Assembly (NCBI GenBank): GCA_965235115.1
Contig: OZ249440.1
Location: 32,552,001-32,616,000 of the forward strand
Length of the DNA stretch: 64,000 nt
From: Laetmonice hystrix
Lineage: Eukaryota
Direction of reading: 5' to 3'
How positions within the stretch are numbered: the stretch's first letter is position 1; each line of letters opens with the position of its first letter. Position numbers and translations under genes: made by a program. This document shows, one piece after another, positions 12,540 through 25,639 of the stretch. Under the pieces are notes generated by a model. The model was not told the origin of the DNA, did not search any database, and saw only the letters and a program-made list of their open reading frames with translations.

Positions 12540-13119
12540 TTAAAAAATCACACGACACTGCAGTTGGAGCTGATAAAACCTGATACCACCCTTGTGGGAG
12601 AGTTGGGCCAGTGGCCCAACACTCCCTCTATTGACTGGCCAACTCTCCTTAGGCCAAAAAAAGAATTCCCGGTTTCTGGTCCGAAGAAAATTTCAAGTGG
12701 TGCGGTGACGGACCAGAAACCGGGAATTATTTTTTTGGCCTTACCCTGCCATTTTTATTTCAACACATCTTTTCAGCCTGGCCAAATGATCAGAATGTGT
12801 TCACCACATATTATTCCTATGTTGAATATCAATGTTTCTCAACATGACGTGCAGTGTCTATATCATCTAAACTACTGATAAGATATGAAATCACTTATCA
12901 CTTGATTTTCAAGTCATTGCCCCTTACATCAATGAAAGGATAATCTGACGTTCTGTCAAAGTGTGGCAGCACTCATCCTCAACGTCCCTTCTATCGCTGA
13001 AAAACAAGGATGGCCCAACTCTCCAACCGTCCCAACTCTCCTGCGCTTCCCCTAGTGGTTTAAGGCTGTAAGATGGTAAGTAGGTCCTCTGTGCACAAGC
13101 AAGAAAATGTTAGGTATAC

Positions 13120-13322
13120 CTGTTTGAAGTGGTAGTATGCCTTCTTTCGTTCGTTCATACCCCGTGCCGGGAGTATGGGTTCGTGGTTCCAGGGCTTCAG
13201 AATCTCATCACTCGGTAACAAAGTGTAATATATGAAGACAAATTGGGCACTGTTCATGCCGAGTTTGTTGGCCTGGTAGAGAAAGTTCAGCAGGTCGGCA
13301 CGCGTCAGGCAGATCAAGATGA
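13120..13322 (-). CDS. Coding exon of receptor guanylyl cyclase / natriuretic peptide receptor-like gene (ANF_receptor extracellular domain)
   Basis: Acceptor ttccAG|TC, donor CAG|GTatac; encodes (I)ILICLTRADLLNFLYQANKLGMNSAQFVFIYYTLLPSDEILKPW...ERKKAYYHFKQ, resembling NPR 'IIxCxx...AxxLGMxxGEYVFI...PW...AxxAY'; phase fits the upstream exon. Confidence 0.85.
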
Positions 13323-14069
13323 CTGGAAATTATCAACATCGGTCGTCAAGCACTTGGTCGGGCGTGTTTGGGAGGTAGGTCAGCAAGTTCTTGACCAGTT
13401 AGCTGGTTGCCTTCCCACCCTACCTTTTCGAAGCCACCAATAGGAATACAAGACTATCATACTAAGCTAGTAAAAACCAACACAAACACAAGTGTGCTCT
13501 TTTACCGCATAGAATTATAAAAAAAATATCCAGGCCAAACCAGGCAACCTCAGAATCTATGTTTCTCTAAAATCTGATGGGGAATCTTGTTACATGAGAA
13601 ATAATCTTTATTTCCTCAAAATCGGCCAAGCGAATAAAATATTATGTCATTTTTGGCGCAGCAAGGTCAGCCCTCGACTTGCATGGAGTGACTGCATGTG
13701 TGACTTTTCACTCTAAACGTTTCACTCTTTTCACGTTAACCTCAATTTTTGCCACTTCCAAGCAATTCTGTTAAATGAAAAGGCAATTACACCAATGTGT
13801 ATTATATGCTTGGAATCGTGCAATTGTGCAATATACAAGCTCTCCTGTGAAGGGGGCAGTAGCTTGTGCAGCTCTTCCCCTGTATACGCCATCGCTTACG
13901 TATACACGTCTATATGTCTGCATTGAGGTAGGAGTAGCCTATACATGACGATATTTACAACCATTACAGCTAAAGAAACGTGATTATTAAGATGAGATAA
14001 GCAATACATGTCAATGAAAATGATTAGAGTGATGACTGATCCAGGAATTCGATTGATTCTGGAATTGCA

Positions 14070-14330
14070 GCTATGCAATAGTTCGCGGAAATCTTATTCG
14101 AAACTGCTTCTTTGATCTTTCTGCGACAGTGATTTTATGGCAGGTAGAACAGACAAAATGAAATGTTCCTCTCTCTGGGTCTTGTTCCTTGGTCAATGAT
14201 TCCTGGAAAGCTTTTCTGTCCTGCTCGCTTCTCATCAGCGTTTGCAGTTATGGTTGAAAGAAGTGATTCCATAACGTCCCTCGTTGCTGTGGTCTGATGA
14301 GCTTTACTTGGCGATCCCTACTGTAATTTG
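14070..14330 (-). pseudogene. Degenerate BESS-motif-like fragment (MADF/BESS-type, probably transposon-derived)
   Basis: Frameshifted reading similar to HF..SVLPAIKSLSQKD...FRIRFRELLHS. Confidence 0.35.
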
Positions 14331-14639
14331 GTTGGTTTTATAAATTGACATCATATAGAAAACCATACAAATTTACGTTCTTGTAACCTAGTTATATAAC
14401 GTTGAGGCAACATTAGACGTAACGTTATGGCAACGTTGCTGCTACGTAATATTGCTAGCTGGGGAATTTCCTGTGGGATATCTGACCTGTACATTCTGTA
14501 TTTTGCTGATCTTCCTGGTTTCATGGTGATGTACTTGACGAAGAGCCATGTAAAGTCCACCCCTGATGTACAGAGCGAGGTTTGACACAGGACTTTACTA
14601 ACTTTATTATTTTATTTCCTTTCTTTTTGGGCCTGCTAT

Positions 14640-15420
14640 TCTATTTTTCCATTCCAGGAAAGATTCTTGAAGAATTAGTAAATGAACAAATCAAGGAATT
14701 CTATGAAACCCCAAATTACTTGAAGTGAAACAGTGGTGTGACGAAAATCAATTGATGCTCAATGCAAAGAAGACTCAATATATCCTGTTTCTAAGTGCAA
14801 CCAAAATATAATGCTCAAAATAGGTACACAAGTGATAAAACGCATTGGCGGATCCAGGGGGGCCCGGGGGCCTTGCCCCCCCCCCCCCCAGCCCAAGTTT
14901 TTATTTTTTTCTATTGTTTTCTGTTAATTTGAGGACCTTGCCCCCCCCCCCCTTACAAAATCCTGGATCCTCCTATGGAACGAGTAACTAAGTAAATATT
15001 TGGGAACTATACTTGACAGTAAGTTAAGAGGAATACTACAGTATAATAGTTTACTTAGCCAAATGGCAGTAAAATTATGTACATTCAGGAAATTAAGACG
15101 ATATATGAGTACTCCAACCACGTTGAAAACATACAAGACTACAATACTTCCCATTATTGATTATAATATACAATCTTCTTACTGAGCAGTATAAAAGAAA
15201 AATATAAACGTTACAGGATCGAGCCCTAAGAACAATATATATTAACGAACAGTATTATAGATGAACTTTATGAAACTTCCACCTTAACAAACTTGACACA
15301 AAGACGGGACCAACACTTATTGACGTTGTAAGGGACTTACCAACAAGGCAACATGCTGGTATCCCTTTTGTGGTACCCATACCTAAAAGATTGGCGCATG
15401 ACTCAAGGATATATATTTTT
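14640..15420 (+). pseudogene. Highly degenerate CR1/L2-type RT C-terminal fragment with nested G/C-tract MITE (14845-14975)
   Basis: QWCDENQLMLNAKKTQYILF, KYLGTILDSKL and YKTTILPIIDY motifs. Confidence 0.6.
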
Positions 15421-16512
15421 TTATTCAAATAAATCAGCTTATAATTACATAGTCGATACAATTTTTTTAGAGCTGGGTGACAACCTGAGGCCCATATGGC
15501 CTATGTCGGAGTCTACATCTCATTCTGGTTTACAAAAATAGTTTTATTAAGCGATGAGATCTATATAGAAAAAGCTGAGTATTCAAATAAATTGGTGTGG
15601 AAAATGTATGAAACACAATTCTAAATAAACCATATCACTGAAATAAAGTAGTATGTATGGATGATATTATAGAATTAACAACGGCATAGGCAACAGTAGA
15701 AAACAGTAGAAAAATAATTATGAGAAAGAATGTGAATATAATAACGGTTGCCAATCAGGATTCTTCAGAAAGTAGAACATGCTTTACCTGTCTTTTAAAA
15801 ACCTCAATACAACAGTTATTCTCAAAAAGTTCAGAGTATTCATTACCTAGACGAGAAAGCTGTACAAATATTGATTTCTCCATATATAAGGTTCTAAATT
15901 TAGGTATATGCCAATCGTTATCCTGCCTAGTTTCTCGAAGTTTCATTTGTTTATTTTTCTGAAATAGAACTGAAAATGTAGAGGGCAAAAAATCATTTCT
16001 AATTTTATAAATTAAGATTAGGATACTATATTTATACAGTAAATTTAAAGGTAGAATACCTAAAGATTTAAAAAGAGGAGTTGTATGGTCTAACTTACCA
16101 CTACCAGACAGTAACCTAATGATTTTTTTCTGTAATAAAACTAATGGTGACAGTGCAGTATCCCCTGCAGACCCCCAAACTATTATACCATTTATGAGAT
16201 ATGGGTATATAAAGCTATAGTATAAATTTCTTAGGTTTTCCCTAGATATAGTTTTAACTACTTTTTTTAAAATTGCAAAGTTTTTGCTGATCTTCAGAGA
16301 AATATAATTAATATGTGATTTCCAATTTAACTTTTCATCTATAATATATCCTAGGAACTTAATTTCATTAATTCTTTCAATTTGATGATTATTCATAACT
16401 AAAGGATTGCCAATAATAGGATCCGTTCCCTTTCTAGAAAATAATATAAATTTAGACTTTTTTGTGTTTAAGGAAAGTTTATTTGCGGCCAACCAATTGA
16501 CAATTACCTTAA

Positions 16513-18373
16513 AGGTGATGAGCAAAGCCCTCTCCACTTTATATTCGGAATATGATATGAGCCTTTATTGATAGCCACTAACAACGAAAATAATAAAGAA
16601 AACTCCAAATCTCTGCTTCCTTTTTTCACAGTTTGTGTTAAAATTGTTGCTCTCGAAATCTGCCGAAGAAAGACAGTGAAGGCGGCAACTCCCCTGTCTG
16701 CCGCTAGAGGGCCAGCGTGACGTAATCTGTGTCATAGAGTGATAGGCACAGTCCGCGGTCACGCGTGCTGCCATTGTTTTGGTCATAAGACGTGGAACTT
16801 CTCTAAGTGCACAGCTCGATTTGAAGTATGGAGTCCGACTCATTTGATTCTTATAATGGAATTTACGGTTCAGCCATATAGGCCTAGATGTACGAACCTC
16901 TGGCGAGCATCTGCTTACATCGAGTCGTCGGGCAGGCCCAGCCTTGGGCTTATGCCCCGCCCGCACACGCGTCCAATGCAATGGTACGGTCGTGGCCGTA
17001 GCGTAGGCGTAGCTATGCAGGGTGAGTGGGGGAGGGGGTGTCCCACCAAGTTGGGTAAAACATGTTTCCCTTACATAATGCTAATATCTCTGTGACTACA
17101 GGTCTACACTATTTTTTTTAAAAACGCTCTAACGTTAGACTGCGTGTGCTTAGACTGGCCGCTAGCCAGCCCAAACGCCCAAGGCCAAGCCAATTAAGGC
17201 CAAACGGTCGATCTGCTAGTGCTACTGCTAGTTAGACGTCCAATAAATAGCACATCAACCGTTAGGCCTACTCGTTAGGATGGCCAGCCTATCGCACAAT
17301 GCTGAAGGACGAGACTCTCGCTTTAATATAGCTAATTATGCTAGGCAAATAAATGCAAAGCATAGACAACCCGCCGAGCAAGTTCATGTTTACATGTTTC
17401 CTCCGGCGTCCGCGCATATGCTAATTTGGTCCAATCACAATCGTAAGACTTGGTCACGTGGTGCATTAATCTTGGCTTCCCGCGAGGTAGGTCATTGTAG
17501 GCTATTAAAATTGACTAAGGTTTCATCTTCATTGGCAATTTAATAGGCCTATTTTATATTGGCCGACTCAGGGATTCAATCTTGCTCAACTCCACTCTTG
17601 ACTCAAGCCAGAGTGGCCATGGAGGCATGACTGCCAAGCCCAAAGCGACAATCCGACATGCTCCAAGTCCAACTGGCAACGTCTACGCTATAAGTAGGCC
17701 TAGATCGGTATCGGCGAGGGGGGTTGAGACTTGAGTAGGCCTAGGGCTAGGCCTATGACTATGTTTTGTGTAGGCCTAAACCTTTCAAGGTGAAGCAGAA
17801 AAAATTACGTCGTAACGGGGCCCGGGGGTTGCAACCCCAGTTAACCGCGGTTACCCCCCCCCCCTCCCCCGGGCGGATCAGCATGATCCCAACCAAGGTG
17901 GGTGGGTCCGTTGTGCCTGTGTGTGGAGTGCCAACAGGGCGGGGGTGGCAATCCACAATTTTCGTACAGCTGCGTTTGATGGAAAGGTGAAAAAGCCAGT
18001 GCCACCCCCCGAAGCAGACCCGTTTTGGCGGTTGGGTGCCACACAATAAACCATCTTGCAGAATTCGTATTCAAGACGTAGAACTGCGGAGTCGTTTGTG
18101 AGACTAGTGACGGTGGCCATGGTGGCTAGATGTGCCAGAGTTGTGCTATTTGACACAAATTACGTCACGTCACGTGATCATGACGGAAATACCCGAAGAG
18201 CGACCGAGGCGGCACAGGTCGGCGCATCAGAATACATGCCACTAAAAACCTGTTCAAACTATGAAATATTTTGGGTTTTAACTTAAATAAGGACAAGATT
18301 CGTTTTTATTGGCAATTAAACTCTTAGGGACATCATTCAGTTGCGTGAATTCAGATACCTTTGCACTTGACCT
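16513..18373. mobile_element. Kolobok-like non-autonomous DNA transposon with THAP-domain remnant
   Basis: TTAA at 16509-16512 and 18374-18377; imperfect TIR aggtgatgagcaaag / ctttgcacttgacct; splits the LINE RT at EELK|VIVNW. Confidence 0.7.
17947..18054 (-). pseudogene. N-terminal THAP zinc-finger fragment
   Basis: MVYCVAPNRQNGSASGGGTGFFTFPSNAAVRKLWIA matches the THAP pattern C..xxC.N....FF.FP.....R..W, with the second Cys replaced by Arg. Confidence 0.65.
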
Positions 18374-18377
18374 TTAA

Positions 18378-18560
18378 AGCGAGGGTCTCGTCCTTCAGCA
18401 TTGTGCGATAAGGGGTCCACCCTAACGGTCGATGTACTATTTATAGATGTCAGTTCCTATGCTACAGCATAGGATGCTATGCTACAGCATAGGATGGACG
18501 TGAAATAGGTCACTAGGCCAAGGTGGGTGCGAGCATGGTCTAACGGACGAGACTGCTGCT
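18378..18560. mobile_element. Short Kolobok-like MITE abutting the previous element
   Basis: TTAA on both sides (18374-18377, 18561-18564); imperfect TIR agcgagggtctcgtcc / ggacgagactgctgct. Confidence 0.65.
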
Positions 18561-20142
18561 TTAAGTTCTTCATTTGCTTGGTGTATTAAATCTGAAGGAT
18601 TAGAACGACTGTGTAAAAGACTGCTATCATCAGCATACATCAGAGGATGAAAATTATTACAAATAAAGGCTAAATCATTAATATAAATCAAAAATAACAA
18701 AGGACCTAATATTGAACCTTGTGGGACCCCTGTAATAAGATTTTAATTTGTAGAAGTGCTATTTTTATAACTGACATGTTGTTTACGATTTAATAAATAA
18801 CTTTCAAACCATTTCAGAGCAATTCCCCTGATTCCATAGTGTTGTAACTTATCTAATAAAATTTGGAAATTTACCGTGTCAAATGCCTTACTAAAATCAA
18901 GAAAAATACCTAAAACATATTGTTTATTTTCAAAAGCCTCTGTTATATGTTTAACCAAAAATGTTAAAGCGAGTTCAGTCGAATGTTTACTTCTAAAACC
19001 GAATTGATGTTTATATAAAATGTCCTTCTCTTTAAGATAAGTAACTAATCGATTGTAGATTAATTTCTCAAAATATTTTGAGATTAAAGGAAGTATAGAT
19101 ATTGGTCTATAATTATTAAAGTTATGGGGATTATCATTTTTAAAAAGAGGTATAACTCTGGCAGTCTTGATCTCAGTGGGAACCACCCCTTCCTCAAAGG
19201 ATAAGTTGATAATGTGAGTTAAAGGAGCCAACAAAAGATCTGACACTGTCAAAAAAATATCTAAATTCATTTCATCCCAGCCTGCAGCTGCTCGGTTAAG
19301 GGTATCTATAGTTTTAGCCACTTCATCTGAGTTAGTAGGTTTTAGAAAAAACGAAGATGGGTAATTACCTCTTAATTTATATGTGAATTTAGGCGGATCT
19401 ATATTTTCCGCTAAATTTGGACCTATATTTATAAAATAACTGTTGAAGCTGCTTGCTATATCATGATCATTTTCTATCTTTGTTTTCATTATGTATAAAA
19501 TACTCGGGGTAATTTGGGCGAGATTTATGATTAAGAATCTCCTTTATTGTTTGCCAGTATTTTTTAGTATTTGATTTCTCAGCCAAAATTTAATGGTTAT
19601 AGAAATCTCTTTTTGCCATAGATAGACTCTTCTCAAGTTGTCTTTTAAAATCCTTATACTTTTTATAGTTCAGCTGAGTCGGATATTTCTGTGATTTGAC
19701 ATACAGTCTGTTTTTTATTTTGATATCACTTTTTAGTTTTTCCGTCAACCATGGTAATCTGGGCTTATACTTAGAAATCTTAGGTCTTTCTGGAAATGAT
19801 GCAGAGAAACAACTAGTAATTTTACTGTGTAAGTATGAATATGCTAGTTGAGTATCTGTAATCTCATACAACTTATTCCAGTCAATATTACAAACTTTTT
19901 GTCTAAAGCTGTTTTGGTTTACATTACTAAAGACTCTTGAAACTTTACCATTTGATGACTGACAATTTTCCATGCAACAAATATCTGAGAATAATAAAAA
20001 GTGGTCACTGATATCCAGTGATATTACCCCAGATTCATATATACAACTCTTATTTCTAACAAAAATATTATCAATCAAAGTTTTGCTTCCAGCTTTGGAC
20101 CATCTAGTAGGAACATTAATCATTAGAACATAATCATATTCG

Positions 20143-20845
20143 ATGAATCCGAGTTATTTCGTAAATTCCGGACGGGAGAATATCAAGGGATTCCTCTAGG
20201 TGATCCGGCTTACACTTGCCACACGTTTATGCTGACCCCAGTTCGAAACCCAAGGACACCAGCAGAAAATCGCTACAACAATGCTCAGAGGCGCACCAGG
20301 GGAGTTATTGAAAGAGCATTCGGCATCTGGAAGAAGAGGTTCCCCTGTGTATCTAAGGGAATGCACTTGAGATGTTCTGTGAGTATTTCTTCTTTGCCAC
20401 TATACAATCGACGAAAAATAACACAAACATGTGTATAAATTCCTGCGGGATCGTAAGGTTACATCCTCTTGCACAGGTCCTCTAAAACTCACTCCGCCCC
20501 TCGACAGAACTTCCTGAAATTTACGTAGGGGATGTATTGTACTCGGGATTATTGTATTGTACCAAACATGTGCCCGAAATGTCATGGGGACGACTGTCCT
20601 TAGTTACTGTAGCAGTCACCAGATAAGTGTATTTTCTTTACTTTCAGTTGGACCATAATATGGCAATAATAGTTGCAACCGCCTGCTTACACAATCTAGC
20701 AATGAGGAGGAATGATCCGTTACCGGAACCAGATCAAGACCTTCCTAGACGTAACTACGAGGAACCAGAACGGCCTATCAACCGGATAGAGGCTGATCTG
20801 AGGGGCAACCTATTCAGACAAAGATTCATTACGCAACATTTCTAG
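20143..20845 (+). pseudogene. Harbinger (HARBI1-like, DDE_Tnp_4) transposase, C-terminal part, two exons (to 20378; 20648-20845)
   Basis: GDPAY...LTPVRNP...YNNAQRRTRGVIERAFGIWKKRF; donor TCT|gtgagt, acceptor ttcag|TTG; IIVATACLHNLAM. Confidence 0.88.
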
Positions 20846-21705
20846 TAAGTGAAACAAAGACTTTCCTTAACAACTTTTCATTTTATTCAATACAGTATCT
20901 AATAATACATGTACTTAAAGATCCAAACGTTTCTTCTTCAATTTCTCTTGATAATATTCGGTTTTCGCATCATACGCTCTTCTTTTGGACCGGGTTGCCT
21001 CTTTCTGCAATTCGATGAGGCTGAGCGATGGTCTGCTGAAGATGTTGACGCCCTGTGGCTGAGGGACGAGATACAGTACTGGGAGCACTCACACTTGGTT
21101 GTTGTCCTGGAGGCGGGTGACAATGGTAGCAGGAGGTGGGGGATGAGCTGTGTTGTAACCCTGTTTGCTGGGAGTGGTCAATCTAGGCTGAGGAGCAAAC
21201 GAAGCGCAAGGCGTTTCTGAGATGGCATTGACCTCATCATCTCTGTCATAGTCATCCGCAGAGAAGTGGCTGTTGCTGAAAAATAAATGAAATTTATTCA
21301 ATAATATTCCACCTGAATTACAGGGACTTTCAAGTTTATTGATCTTGGCCCAGACTGACGCCAACCCACATGAAATGTCATAATGATATTCATGTAGGGC
21401 CCATGTGGGGGATTAAAAGTGCAAGTCGTGAAAGGCCTGTTGTGGGCATTGTGAACTGAATGAACTGGGTATGGACTGAATGGTATTGAAATGTGACATC
21501 GGCAGGTTGGATTATGAATTCACCCAATTCATTCATGGCCCACTCTGCTGATGTAACATTTCAATCCCATTCACCCCGTGTTGGGTGAACAGGAATAGAA
21601 ACTGAAAGGTGACCTGCACTAAATTTTGCCAGACAAAAATCAAGCATGAATATAATGGTTACCTAGTGGACTAACAAAACAAAAGCTGATGGAAAACTAA
21701 GCAAC

Positions 21706-22176
21706 CTACCTGTCATTTACACCTGTCGTGTTTGCTGAAGCATCATCAACATCGCCTTCCGGGATGGTTGCTTGGTCGGTCAGTTGAGGAGCATCGTCGT
21801 CAAATAAGTTGTGGATTTGCTCTAAGTCCCCTTTGATTATGCCTAGAATAGCCCATGTCTCATCATCAACGTCATTCACCTCAGGTAGTCCACCACCAGT
21901 TTTTGACATATCAATATTCTTTTCTCGTGCTGTAGCCTTTGCCTTGTTCTTCATCCGACGCCACAATTCCCGTAGATCTTTGGAAGCAGACTTGGACCTC
22001 TCAGGGAAATTAGCTGCCATTTCGTTTGCAATGTCATCCCACGCTTCCTTCTTTTTCTTGGTCATAGTAGCATCGGCTCTTTTGCTTTCTACAACATTTT
22101 CCCGCAAACGAACTGCCTCAATCAGACCCATCTTTTGGTCGGCTGTGAAATTTTCAGCCCTCTTCGTTTTCCCCAT
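21706..22176 (-). CDS. Harbinger-associated Myb/SANT-like DNA-binding protein (first exon; probable second exon ~20915-21275)
   Basis: RAENFTADQK..LIEAV...ESKR......KKKEAWDDIA...LRELWRRMKNKAK...KTGGG. Confidence 0.85.
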   Translation of the reverse strand: MGKTKRAENFTADQKMGLIEAVRLRENVVESKRADATMTKKKKEAWDDIANEMAANFPERSKSASKDLRELWRRMKNKAKATAREKNIDMSKTGGGLPEVNDVDDETWAILGIIKGDLEQIHNLFDDDAPQLTDQATIPEGDVDDASANTTGVNDR

Positions 22177-23516
22177 GCTGGCGGCAGTGTGGCCACTTGA
22201 CCGTCGGCTTCAGTTTTTGTAGTGGAAGGTACGTAATTTCATAGTGCAGACGACGGGGCAATAACTAAAACAAGCGTTTATTGGACGATTAAAGTGGTTT
22301 GTCTGCGTGCGTATAAAACATCGATGATCAAACATTGTGAATCTCTGTTTAAACGTTCGTTTATGCGTCCATGGACAACAGTGTTTTATCCTCCGTGTAT
22401 CTGATAATCGGTCTTTAATTGCACGCACGTTAAAATGCCTTAGTGAATTCCACCCTTAGTGGTTGGGCACGCAAGCGCATAAGTCCGGGAAGTGGCGACG
22501 TCATACAAAATGGTCAGGTCACTGCCTTCTGATTGGCTTGTCAGAGTTTTCGACGTGCAGCAGAGTGTCAAAAATGCTCCCAGAGGCAATCTCAGTTTTG
22601 ACGCGTGTCACGGTGGTGGTGCGGCAAGCGTTGTTTTTAACAAACCACCCATATGTGAACGGTGTAATGGAAAACCATGCTGAGCATTCAGAGCATCATT
22701 TTCAGAAAGACGCTTGCCGCTCGATGCTTGACGCTTGACGCCCATGTGTGTCCAGGCCTTTAGAATTGACTATGTGAATTGAATATGTGAATGAAGTAAT
22801 ATTAATGTTATTTTATGTGACTGATTCAGTTTGAGAGAGAGACAAGTGATCAGAGAGAGACAAGTGATCCAGTCGTCCCATTGACGAAGCTAGACTCATC
22901 AGTTTGACAACTTTTTGTCAGGCACCCTGGCAAGTCGCCGTGTTGACAAGATTAAACTTGTTTGTTAATTAAACCTCAGTGCCTTATAATTTCGTATTGG
23001 GAGCAAAACATAGGCCTACTCTGCCTCTGATTCCTTTTGTTGGGACCATGCCCCGGCCCCTCTTTCTTATGCTAAGTAGCATAGGCGAACCCACTACTCT
23101 GTTGTATGTTGTCCGGACGATTTCATCTTGTGTTGGTGGTTCCGAATGTGATGCATTCCAATCCAGACTGACGTCAGCAACGTAGTAGAGCCATGCTAAT
23201 TTTAGCGCTACCAAATTGACATCACTTCTCTGCGGAATCCTTCAGGCGAGCGCAGCAGCGGTGGCGAAAGTTTGGAAATTTCTCAATGCTTTGCATTAAG
23301 AATGCTGTCATCGCCTGAGACTAGTCTGAACACTAATGATTCAAGGTAGAAGGCAAACTAGTCCGTTTATGAATAAGAAAAAAAAGCCAGGTGTGAACCG
23401 GCCCTAGGAAGATTCTCCATCAGGTTCCGGGGAAACATAGATTCTAAGGTTGCCTAGTTTGGCCTGGACATTTTTTGGGGGACACCCTGTATAATACAGA
23501 AGTAGCTGCCCTATGG

Positions 23517-23682
23517 GGGCATCAATAAACAGCGAACTGAGCGAACTGAGATCGTCTAGTTATGCCTGGGGGGACTGGCTATTGACACGGAAACAGCCGA
23601 CCTAAATTAGTTTGACTAATTCCTACACGAAACAGTTCGCTCAGTTCATTCAGTTCGCTCAGTTCACTGTTTATTGATGCCC
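23517..23682. mobile_element. Short MITE
   Basis: TIR gggcatcaataaacagcgaactgagcgaactga / tcagttcgctcagttcactgtttattgatgccc. Confidence 0.75.
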
Positions 23683-23757
23683 AATCTATAGAATATGATA
23701 AGATTAGCCTATTATGACCTTTCCGTCCTGTGCATGTTTCCGGTCTGTATCACTTAC

Positions 23758-23948
23758 TGCGTCCATTAGCCTTCAATCTCTTCAAGTAGACGTCCATGTC
23801 AGCCACCGAGATGCCATCCTCAACACGCAGCCAATCAGCGAGTACGATATCTGCACTACGGAAACTGTCCTGAATGGCGTTGGCGCCATAATCACACAGG
23901 CCTTCTGATTCGCTGCTTATCATAACGGCACGGGTCCACTCGTAAAAA
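23758..23948 (-). CDS. Coding exon of the receptor guanylyl cyclase / NPR-like gene
   Basis: Acceptor ttattgcccAG|T, donor CGCA|GTaagt; FYEWTRAVMISSESEGLCDYGANAI...YLKRLKANGR; phases 2 and 1 match both neighbouring exons. Confidence 0.85.
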
Positions 23949-24050
23949 CTGGGCAATAATAAAAACAAAAAGAATACCGATATTATACTACTGGCATTGA
24001 CAGCTTTAGTTCCCTGATGGAATCTGCCATATTTAGGAACATTTAGGGTA

Positions 24051-25027
24051 GGGGAGAGTGGGGCACCATGAACATGTTTTTCGATTTTTTGATCTGACAC
24101 CTGAACAACTGAATTGGTGAAGTCCCTTTATTTACCAAAATAAACTTTTTACACTTGCCAACATAACAATTTATTGGAGTTTTCCTGTCTTTGTGTATTT
24201 TAATTTTTTTTAAAAATCGAAACCGGTTCATGGTGCCCCGCAGGCGGGGCACCTTGAACCATCCATTGGGGTACTTTGAACCATTTTCTAAAAGGCAAGA
24301 AAACAAAACTCTCAACGAAATTTCTGAACTTATAAACAATCTAACATCAATCAGCAATTCACCACAATGGCAAAATGGGTAATTACTCTCCCATATTCAT
24401 AATCCACCCCCACAATCAGCTCAGACCGGTTTCGATCTTTTTAAAAAAATTTAAAATACACAGACAGGAAAACTCCAATAAATTGTTATGTTGTCAGAAT
24501 GTAGCCAAGTGTAAAAAGTTTATTTTGGTAAATAAAGGGACTTCACTAATTCAGTTGTTCAGGTGTCAGATCAAAAAATCGAAAAACATGTTCATGGTGC
24601 CGCACTCTCCCATGAACCATGGTTCAACCTGCCCCACATTTACTGGTTCATGGTGCCCCAATGCTAGTCACGTGTGAAAATATAAGCTCACACTGAAATG
24701 CACAGAGAAGCTCCAGAATCAATAACTTCATGATTAGTATGGCCCTAGATACTTTTCATTCTAATCAGTCAGCTTAAGTTTTCTATCATGTGTATTATCG
24801 AAACTGAATAAACACTTACCCTAAAAAAAATTACTTTGGTGGTCAGAAAACAAAAAAATTGTTATAAAATGTGGCAGGCAGTGTGTTAGTTTCACTATTG
24901 TTAATGGTTTGCCCACTTGCTACCAGGGGATTATACACGGGAGACATCTAGGAAAAGAAGCATGTACCAAGAGAGAAAAGAGGGGTGGTTCATGGTGAAC
25001 GTATGTTCATGGTGCCCCACGCTCCCC
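24051..25027. mobile_element. TA-flanked MITE (Tc1/mariner-superfamily-like) with internal inverted duplication
   Basis: TIR ggggagagtggggcaccatgaac / gttcatggtgccccacgctcccc with TA on both sides; 24054-24230 is inverted at ~24424-24611. Confidence 0.75.
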
Positions 25028-25104
25028 TACTTATCGAGATACCTCTGTCATATTTAGGACAATATTTAGGGACTTTTCGAGGTACCTCTATCATCCCCAG
25101 CTAA

Positions 25105-25310
25105 AGGCCCTGATCCACTAAGGCGATTGTAATTACCATGTCCATGCGATTTTGAGGTCACCCTTTTATTTCACTGTCATTTTTAGATTAAAAGATGGAA
25201 CCTATTTCGAGAAACAGGGAAGGCTAGCCAGAAAAAATGAGTGAAATTCCACTTAAATAAAAAATCACCTGTCCCGTCGCAAGGCAAATCGCCTTAGTGG
25301 ATCAGGGCCT
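25105..25310. mobile_element. PIF/Harbinger-like MITE
   Basis: TIR aggccctgatccactaaggcgatt / aatcgccttagtggatcagggcct; flanks TAA / TTA. Confidence 0.8.
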
Positions 25311-25639
25311 TTAGATCACCTTCGTTAAGTCTTGGGCCACATTTGGTCATGCCAAATTGAACAATGGTGAAAAAATCCAGAAAGAGTTAAGTAGGCTATA
25401 ATGGTAAAGAGTGATATTTGGTATATATTTGAGTTAAGATAGGCGTGAAATCCGTGGATTTTGGGGCTTGGGTGTACGGCGCTAGGGTGACCAGTTCCCT
25501 TTAACCTGAATTTCGTTCCAGATTACCTTTAATGACGATGATGAGATGGTTAGCATATTAGAACTACTCCCCTAACAATGAGGATGATAGGCCATGTATT
25601 TGTAATAAGACTGACTTGAAAGAAAGTTATTCTGCTTAC

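Larger units (their letters stand above)
15560..20140 (-). mobile_element. 5'-truncated, frameshifted CR1/L2-clade LINE (endonuclease end + RT), interrupted by two TTAA-inserted elements
   Basis: ORF pieces 19590-20123 (TLIDNIF, ISDHF), 18743-19489 (NYRPISILP, QFGFR, LDFSKAFDTV), 18565-18740 ([24 protein letters not shown]) and 15755-16508 (NKLSLNTKKSK, KFLG). Confidence 0.92.
20140..22455. mobile_element. Left-truncated two-gene PIF/Harbinger transposon
   Basis: Convergent transposase and Myb/SANT genes; right end ...tagtgaattccaccc followed by TTA. Confidence 0.85.
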
